Part shown: piece by piece, positions 55,605 to 64,000 of the stretch
Layout: every line of letters begins with the position of its first letter
Numbering within the stretch: the stretch's first letter is position 1
Source: Eledone cirrhosa
Taxonomy: Eukaryota
Length of the DNA stretch: 64,000 nt
Direction of reading: 5' to 3'
Assembly: GCA_964016885.1 (NCBI GenBank)
Contig: OZ024746.1
Coordinates: 30,442,001 to 30,506,000 of the forward strand
The notes under the pieces: model-generated
What the model was told of the DNA's origin: nothing
Seen by the model: the letters and a program-made list of their open reading frames with translations, nothing else
Databases searched by the model: none
Program-made: the position numbers and the translations under genes

Positions 55605-57439
55605 TTTGGTGTTGAAAGTGAAGAAAGAAAAGCACTTACCTCTCCGGGTTGCGTAATTTCCATGGCATCAGGTGTGTTGGGTGGAGGGATGTTTTGTGGT
55701 GGTGTGGGGGTACACGTGTGTGGTGGGGTTGGGGTATTTGGAGTTGTGTCAGGGAGAGGGGCGGTTATGGGGAAATCTTTCAAGAGGACGCGATTCAACG
55801 GTTTTAAACAGGGGGGGGCTCACGTCCCGTCTAAATTGTTCTTTTAAGGAACGATAAAGGTCCAGAGGGACCTTTATCATTTTTAAATGGGTGAAGTTCT
55901 CTGTTGAGATAAAGTTTGGCCCTTCGGTCTGCACCATAGGGTTATTGTTTATTAATTTAACCAGTTTTTTGTTTTCTTTATTTATATATGTGTATTGCAA
56001 CGTCTTTTTTTGTGATGCTGTCAATGTTTCGGAGAGGGGAGGCGCAGATTTATTTTTGTTTGTTGAGGGTGGGGTGTTTTTGATTGGAGTTGGTGTTTGT
56101 GTGTGGGTTATTTGTGGTGTGCTGGGTGTGTGTTTTCTTTTTTTTCTTTTAGCTTGTCTGAAGGCTTCTCCTCCTTCTTCTTCAGAAGTTGGGGGAAACT
56201 CTTCAGCGCTAGGTGGGAGGGACGTGTTGTGTGGTTGTTGTTTTTTTGCGGGAGGGGTAGATTTGTTACTGTTTTTTTTATTATTTGTTTGGAATGGGTT
56301 TTGTGGTGGTGGTGGTAATGTTTGTGTCGTGCTTGTGGTTGGTGATGGTGGTGGTGATGTTTGTGTTGTGGTTGGTGGTGGTGATTTTTGTGTCGTGCTT
56401 GTGTTTGGTGCTGGTGGTGGTGATGTTTGTGTTGTGTTTGTGGTTGGTGGTGTCTGTATTTTGTTTGCTGTGTGTGGTATTAGTGTATTTTTGGAGGTGG
56501 GTGGTGTTGGTGTACTGTTTGTGGTGGGTGTGGGTAATAGTCCTTTTTGGGGGATAAGTTTCGGGCAGTTAGCCTTAACGTGTCCCCTTTCCATGCATAA
56601 ATAGCATGCTGGTCTTCTCCCCTCTACAATTATGTCTATTGGGGTAAGGTCATCCAGCCAGATGCGATCCGGGATTTGTGCTATTCTTTCGGGCCTCATT
56701 TGGACTAGTATGTCGAGGCCCATTCCCAGGAACGCATCTCCAGTTGCCTTCCCCATTGACAGCATTGTGTCTTCGCCCATATCAATGAAGCCAGCAATAG
56801 CCCACCAGAAGTCCATTGTGGGCAGCATTGTTTTTACTTTTACTCTCTGTGTTCTTCTACCCATGTAGGAGGGATAGAAGCTATATGTTGTCGACGAGAG
56901 TGGGCTTAGGGAAAGCTTCTCCGCCGTTTCTTTGTCTCTTGTTAGGACCGAAATGCTGCCATAGAGTCGGTCCTTTCGTATGAAGAGAATATTCTTCATA
57001 TAGTCTTTTAGGACTAACTCTATTTCCATTTGGCTGGGCTGTGCTGGCTTTCTTGTCTGGTTCAGTATAGTTCTGTAGAGAACTGTGTTTTCTGCTCTGG
57101 CTTTCTTGAATTCTGGGGGGGGAGTTAATGGAAAACATTCCGTTCTCCCCCAAAACAATGTGTTTCTTTGCTTCGGCCAGTTTTTCTCTGGCGGCAGTTA
57201 GGTCAATTGGTGTGTATGTAATGGATTGTTTTGTTTTCTGGGCGAAAGTTGCCCTGTCGTTATTTGTATTATTTTCTGTTTGTTTGTTTTCTGTTTGCTC
57301 ATTTTCCTTAACATTTGTTTTTTCATTTTGTTTGTTTGTTTCAATGTCTAATTTTGTTGTAATTATTTTTTGTTCTTCAGACTTGGGGGGGGGGCGTGGC
57401 AGAGCTAATGGCAGACATGTCTGCCATCTTTTCCGCCAT
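55601..57439 (-). CDS. LINE ORF1 (gag-like, CCHC knuckle, long P/T-rich linker; 3 homopolymer frameshifts)
   Basis: CYLCMERGHVKANC (CX2CX4HX4C). Joined from ORFs 56881-57447, 55749-57158 and 55601-55798; likely start ATG at 57439. Confidence 0.75.
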
Positions 57440-58209
57440 GCTGCCAAGAAAGAAATTTTTCGGCAAAAATAGATATTTATTTTACCCCCTAAAAAGGGGG
57501 TAAATGCAAAAATGCTTCCCTAAATAACAGGGGTTAGTGTTCCAAATGTGTTGCACTAAAAAATTTATCCGGTACTTACAATAGTAAGGGTAAATCCCGA
57601 TGGAATAGCGGAGCCGATGCGAAGCGTGTCTTACTCTATCAAGATAGATAGATAGATAGATAGAGAGATAGAGAGAAATAACATTAATAATATATTACAT
57701 TATATAGTATCGCATAATATAATAATACAAGATAAACACTTAGGAATTAAAATAGAGAAGTCATTAGCAAACAAACACAGGTCAATTATATTCCATTATA
57801 TTCCTCCACAAGAATTATCATTCCGATATTTTGGTATTCTGTTGTCATACATAAACTGAACTTACTCAGCATTTATGTCAATGTCTAAATCAACTGGAGT
57901 CAGATGCTGGTATTCTAGACACACATGTACATGCCCAGACATACACACACTGACACAGTTCTACTTAGAAATAAATGTCTACACGCTACGCACCAGTAGT
58001 GAGTGTTTATTCTGTTAATAGTTGTGTGTTAAATACTACGGTATTTTAAGCACATATTTTAATATATATGTTAATATACATTTATGTATATATATATATA
58101 TATATATAATATATATAATTATTATTATTATTGTATTTTTACTACTATATATATCGTTTTTGTATTTGTTTCGCAACATTTTTTATCTCAAAACCTGTGT
58201 TGAAATAGA

Positions 58210-58396
58210 TAATTGTTTCTACTTTAGGCACAAGGCCAGCAATTATCCAGTGCATTACTGGTACTTTATTTTATCGACCCCGTAAGGATGAAAGGCAAAG
58301 TCAACCTCGGCGGGATTTGAACTCAGATCGTAAAGGGACGTAACTATGCTGGAAAGCATGGCGTCAAACCCTCTACCGATACTGCCAATCCACCGC
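58210..58396 (-). mobile_element. SINE family 2 (same subfamily as the 209-bp tandem array)
   Basis: Nearly identical to the reverse complement of 32550-32735. Confidence 0.85.
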
Positions 58397-58514
58397 TATA
58401 CTTTGGGAAGGTTCTGCTGCCAATAAAAAACACAGGTACCTGTGGGTTTCACTTATTCATTATAATTTCTCAGTTGGTTAGTTTAATAACTGAACGGTTG
58501 TTTAGTTGTTGATT

Positions 58515-58557
58515 GCCAAAGCTCTTTCGTCACACATTCTGTGACCTCCTCAGTGAC
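58515..58557 (-). ncRNA. Minimal hammerhead motif (family 3)
   Basis: GTCA-CTGAGGA-G-GTCACA(GAATG)TGTGAC-GAAA-GAGC-TT-TGGC: perfect 6-bp stem II, 4-bp stem I, CUU triplet. Confidence 0.65.
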
Positions 58558-58682
58558 TACTTTTGTTGTTACTTCGTGTTTCATCTTTGTTCTGTTTTAC
58601 ACCATATTGTCTTCGTGAGGTCACGAGAGAGAGAGAGATAGAGAGAGAAAGATAGAATGTGATCGATTAATATAGATAGATC

Positions 58683-58714
<32 letters not shown>

Positions 58715-59697
58715 CATTTTTTTATTAGCCACAAGGGCACAAAAGAAGGGAACAAATACAAATGGGGAGTTTACATACAGGTATATGAAAATAAAACTAT
58801 TAATAAAATAACAAATAACAATTGAAATCCCCAATAGGGAGGAGGCGTTACACAGGGGTTGTACACACCCCGAAAAAATGTACAACCCTCATCTCCAGGA
58901 GCACCAAGAGTGAGTACTCCCTTCCTCTCTTCCTCTTTTTCCTCAATCTACAGGCTTATATAGAGAGAGGCCCAACCACTCGGGCCATCTTTGTCACATT
59001 CACCCACCTTTTATAAAATTTGCTGGGGTACAGCACCTCTCTCTCCATCCTGATTCTTCTTCCTAAATGATATTTGAGAAAACGAATCAGTTGCTCGCCG
59101 GAGAGAAAGGTGTCTGACCTCAGCCCTTTTAACCTCGTCCACCATATAACCTCTTTCAGCATAGCCATAACACATAGGAAAACCGCCTCTCCCTCGTTTT
59201 TGAAGGAGGGTGGCGGTTTGATCATGACAATGGACTCGGTGGTCAACTGGATTGGTCCCACCCGCGACAATAGTCGTTCTACATAGCCCCACAGGTCGGT
59301 AACGCCCGGGCAGTGTACAAATGCGTGCGCGACGGTTTCCTCGTCGCGCACGCATCTCGGACAGATCTTTTTCGAAGGGTCCCTGCCTGGGCGTCCGTGT
59401 CTGTAGAGCTTGTCTCGAACTGGTAGAGATCCTCGGTAGCACTGCCAGGCCAGCGACTTTTGGAAGTTGTCCATTGGTCCCGGGAGGAAGGTCCTACTGA
59501 ACAGACTGGCCAGTTCGTCCTCCTCTACGCCTAGAGTTTCTCCGAGCGCGTCGTCGCACCTGCTGCTGACCAACCCTCTATAGAATGTCGAAGTGGAGTC
59601 TCCACTGATCGCCGGGTCCGTTTGCTAGAGGACTGTGAGCGCCTGAGCACATTCGATGTGCCAGTCGCCCATTTTCCTCGGTCTTTGCTTGACCCCA
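58715..59697 (-). mobile_element. 5'-truncated L1/Tx1-type LINE (copy 2), flanked by (GATA)n
   Basis: ORF 58956-59573 is homologous to the ORF2 C-terminus of copy 1, with the same 3' end. (GATA)n at ~58673-58714 and 59697-59729. Confidence 0.9.
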
Positions 59698-59732
59698 GAT
59701 AGATAAATAGATAGATAGATAGATAGATATAT

Positions 59733-62700
59733 AACTTTCTATTTATTTGCCACCAGGGCATCAGAGATTGGGTCAAATACAAGGGGGGGGGGGGGGGGGG
59801 TTACATACATTTCAAAGGACGTGTAAAAACATATAACAAATCAAATTCAACAATCGAAGTTCTCAATAGGGAGGGGGCGTTGACATGGGTCGCACACACC
59901 CCCGAAAAAAAATGTGCAACCCTCCTCCTCAGGAGCACAAAGAGCGAGTTCTCCCTTCCTCTCCTCCTTCTTCACCTCTCTCACCTACAGGCTGATATAG
60001 AGAGAGGGCCCATTAACTCGGGCCATTCTCACCACTTTCACCCACCTTTCATAAAATTTGATGGGGTAGAGCACCTCCCTCTCCATTCTGATCCTTCTTC
60101 TAAAATGGTACTTGGAAAAAAAGACCAGTTGTTGGCCGGAGAAAATAGTGTCTGACCTCAGCCCTTTCAACCTCGTCCACCAATCAACCTCTTTCGCCAT
60201 AGCTATCACACAGAGGAAAACCGCCTCTCCTTCGTTTTTGAAGGGGGGAGGCGGTTTGATTGTGACAATGTACTCGGGGGTCAACCGGATTGGTCCCACC
60301 CGCGACAGTAGTCGTTCCACATAGCCCCACAGGTCAGCAACGCCCAGGCAATGTACGAATGCGTGCGCGACGGTTTCCTCGTCATGCACGCATCTCGGAC
60401 AGATCTTCTTCGAGGGGTCTCTACCCGGGCGCCCGTGTCTGTAGAGCTTGTTCCGAACGGGTAGAGCTCCTCGGTAGCACTGCCAAGCCAGGGACTTTTG
60501 GAAGTTGGCCATCGGTCTCGGGACAAACGCCCTACCGCACATACTTGCTAGCTCGTCTTCCTCCATGCCCAGAGCCTCTTTGAGAGCGTCGTCACACTGG
60601 CTGCGCACCAACCCTCTATAGAATGTTGAGGTTGAGTCTCCACAGATTGCCGGATCCGCTTGCCAGAGGGCCGTGAGGGCCTGGGCACATTCAATGTGCC
60701 AGTCGCCCACTTTTCTCGGTCTTTGCTTGACCCACGATTGCAGCTCGGTGAGTGAGGCGAGTCTCGGAAAGGCTCGCCTCACAAAAGAGGCCAACACCGG
60801 CTGACCGGCGAGGAATACCTGGAGGTGCCGTAGCCTTAATGCGTGTCTATGCATCGTCAGCCACGGCATCCCCCAGCCCTCCGTTCGAAGGGTGTTGACA
60901 GCAGATGGATCTTCTCACCAAAGGGGCCGCTTCTTCCAAAGGAATCGGAAGAGCGCGCGCTCCATTTTGGCGAACGTTTTCGCTGGGCAAGGCACGACGG
61001 TCAAGCGGTAGTAGATGACGGACCTTTCAAGGATAGTTTGCACTCGGCTCACTTCTGGACGAGTGCAAACACCCTGCCCGTTACCTCGTCCCAGTTTTTC
61101 TCCACCTGGAGGTTCGGTCCGGACCAGACCCCGAGCAGCTTCACCGGTCCCTCCGTCCAGCGTCCGACGACGCCGTTGGCGGGCATCGGTTTGCCTCTCC
61201 ACGTTCCGAGTTGCAAACCGACGGACTTGTCCCTGTTCAGCTTGGCTCCTGTAAACCTTTCGTATTCCTCCAGTAAGGTGCAGATCTGCCCGATTTCCGA
61301 GGCGCACGACACCATTGCTGTCACGTCATCGGCGTAGGCCGACACCGATTTCCGCAATCCCAGTTCCAAGGGGATTCCCTGCAACAGCTCCAACTTCCGC
61401 AGTAGTGGCTCGAGAGCCAGCACATACAGAAGGGAGGAGAGAGGGCATCCCTGTCGGATGGATCGCGCGATTTGGAACGGCTCCGAGAGGTACCCGTTCC
61501 CCTTGACCCTCGAGCAGGTGTTACTGCTATGCATTGCAGTAATTCAGCCCCTGAAAACGGGCCGAAGCCTGCCGCCGCGAGCACCGCATCCAGGTACCGA
61601 TGGTCGACCCTATCGAACGCCTTAGTTTGATCCAAGTTGATCAGGGTCCCACCAAAGCCGGGTTCATTCCCCACCCTCTCTACGGTGTATCGCATGAGAT
61701 GGAAGTTATCGTGTATGGACCTGGACGGGATTGCGCATGTCTGCACTTCTCCCACCAGGTTCCCGACGACAAGCACCAACCTCTTCGCTAACACCTTGGC
61801 CAAAATCTTTAACTCTGTGTTTAACAGATTTATGGGCCTGAAGTTATCTATGTCATCCCCTTGTTCTCGTCCTTCCTCACCAGCGTAACTACGCCCTTAG
61901 TCACAGAACTGGGAATTCTCCCGTTTTGTTGCCAGTTGCAGTAGACCGCCTCGAGGAGATCGGAGAACAAGTCCGGCATCGCTACATAAAGTTCGTATGG
62001 TAGACCATCGAGAACGCATTGACTCAGCGCTTCCCCTATTTCAGCGGCTGAAATCGGCCTTTCGCAGGACTTCGCCAACCCGTCCGAGAGCCGCGGCAGA
62101 CCGTCGAGGTATGGACCGAAATCCATGGCCTCACCCGGCCCGCCGCTCCTCTCGAACAGTGGTGCAAAGCGCCGTTGAAAGGCCGCGTCCATCCGCTCAG
62201 GTTCAACGATCACGCGTCCATCCTGGTCCTTCAAAGACCGAATCATAGACTTGTTTCCAATTTTTGCCTCTGTCACTCGGGCCCTGCTAACAGCTTTGGC
62301 TCCCTCGTTACCCAGAGCACGTATTTTACTCCTGACAACTCAGCCCTTGTGCTTCGGATCAAAGAACTGATCTAGGGCCGTTCTTGACACCAGCACACCG
62401 ACCGCGTTACCACTCCTAATCGCCTCTGCTACTCTATCTATCAATTCCCTTTCAGTTCTATTCCTATCTGATGCTAATTCCTGACTAAAACCTATCGATT
62501 CTATTCTAATTTCTCTCTTGAGAGAGCCCACCACCTGCTGTTGACAATTTCCCCCATCAACCGCTGCTTAACTAGAGTGCTAATCCGCTTACTGTAAGCT
62601 TTGTTTGTCGGTAAGGACAAGTTTAGCTTCCAGTAACCGGGTCCTTGTCTATGGGTTCTATCAAGGTTGACCACTCCGGTCACCAACTTGTGATCCGAAT

Positions 62701-64000
62701 AGTCAACCATGAACATTCGTGGACAGCTTAATATGTCCCAATCCTTATTTCTAACTAGGAACCTATCTAGGTACGACCTATGATGTTCCGTTGCAATTAA
62801 TCTACGTTCACAGTGGCACAGTCGGAAAATCTAGTCGATATCTATCGGCCGATTAACCGTTTGAGGCTGTTACACCCTCTCTATCGGGACATGCCCCTAC
62901 ATAGTCCCAACGTGCATCCAGGATACCATTCCAGTCCCCCACTAAAAGCAAGGAGCGAGACGTTCTCAGAAAAGTCTCTAGGCGTTGGAAGAAGTCCGGT
63001 CGCGGTGTCCCAGATGGGGCATACGCTGCCACCAGCCTGAAGGCTCCACCTTCAGTACTGCCGACGTCTAGAACCACCAGTCGACCTTCCGGGTCCAGGT
63101 GTACCTTCCGTGTTGCGAGGCCCAGGTGTTTTCGCAGCAGAACGACCTTCCTCCGCCACCCCCCATCCCCCGGCTGACAGAGAGATGCATAGATCTCAAA
63201 GTCGTCGAAGATGGGGGCCAGTTGGTGATCGCTGCTGATCCTGGACTCGCAAATAGCTATCACATCCATTCTGTGCGACCTGAGGTCATTTAAGAGTTTG
63301 CCCTGCTTCCAGGCCATCCCCAGGCCGCGCACATTTAAACATCCAACTCTTATAACAGCCATGTTAGTGGTGAAGAGTTTAGAGTGGAGAAAAAGGAAAA
63401 GACACCTACCTGTCCTTCTCCTGGGGACCAGGCTGCACAATTTCCATAGGGGTGTCGGCGGGGTTGTTTGGTGGGGTGGTGGTTTGGGATGTGGTGGGAC
63501 ATCAGTATGTGGTGGGGTGGGGGTGTTTTGTGGGGGAGGGGTGTCTGGGGTGGTGGTGGGGAAACATTTCAAGAGGACGCGGTTGCTAGGTCTAGTACAG
63601 GGGGTCCCCACGTCCTCGGGAAAGTTCTGTTTGAGCATTGTGTAGGTGTCCCGTGGGACCCTAATCATTTTTAAATGCGGTTTAGTCGACGCATTGGTGA
63701 GCATTTCCCTTCGGTTTCCACCGAAGGGTCTTTGTCTATTGTTTGCACAAGTGTTTTATAGTTTGTGTTGATGTATGTATACTGTTTTTGTCGTGTTGTG
63801 TTTGTTTTTGTTTGTTGTTCTTGTGTGTGTTTGCGTTTTGTAGTATGTGTTATATTTTCGGGAGGGGTGGGTTTTTTTGTTTGTGATGTTTGTTCTGTTT
63901 GTGCTGGTGGTTGTGTGTTTGTTGCATTTTTGTTGATGTGGTGCCTTCTTCTTTTCTTCCTTTTTACCGGTTGAAAGGGTTCTCCCTCGTCGTCACTGGG
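59733..64000 (-). mobile_element. Degenerate L1/Tx1-type LINE (copy 3), running off the window
   Basis: Fragmented ORF2 (APE, QGCPLS, AYADD, zinc finger) with many frameshifts, plus the ORF1 tail; 3' end at (GATA)n. Confidence 0.9.

Larger units (their letters stand above)
51931..57641 (-). mobile_element. Full-length L1/Tx1-type non-LTR retrotransposon (copy 1), flanked by (GATA)n
   Basis: 5' UTR, ORF1 with CCHC knuckle, ORF2 with APE, RT and zinc finger, and a 3' UTR with AATAAA. (GATA)n at 51872-51930 and 57642-57670. Confidence 0.92.
58160..58620 (-). mobile_element. HHR family 3 element interrupted by a SINE
   Basis: Collinear with 27206-27695 on both sides of the SINE at 58210-58396. 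Confidence 0.65.

Noticed and set aside
52985-56868. Numerous plus-strand and alternative-frame ORFs over the LINE
   Set aside because: Shadow ORFs of the GC-rich minus-strand coding sequence.

Overview
AT-rich, microsatellite-saturated eukaryotic DNA. The SINE repertoire suggests an octopus/cephalopod genome (inference). I found no credible host protein-coding gene; most ORFs in the track are read-throughs of (TA)n/(CA)n or tandem repeats. The window is a nest of mobile elements. (1) Two near-perfect arrays of a 463-bp unit (1467-7787, with an internal inversion; 43615-46765) carry a minimal type I hammerhead-ribozyme (HHR) motif in every unit, 20 copies in total, and end in (TA)n, resembling a retrozyme or Penelope-like non-autonomous element. 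(2) At least two unrelated HHR-bearing families also form head-to-head palindromes in (TA)n (26179-27182; 27206-27695 and relatives). (3) Three L1/Tx1-type LINE copies (51931-64000) have every visible end in (GATA)n; one is full length, with frameshifts only in G/C homopolymers. (4) The rest comprises tRNA-derived SINEs, an RTE-like non-autonomous element in (ATGT)n, relics of hAT, Tc1, Helitron and RTE, and a compound 45/51/55-bp minisatellite. All structures were folded and aligned by eye; no searches were run.
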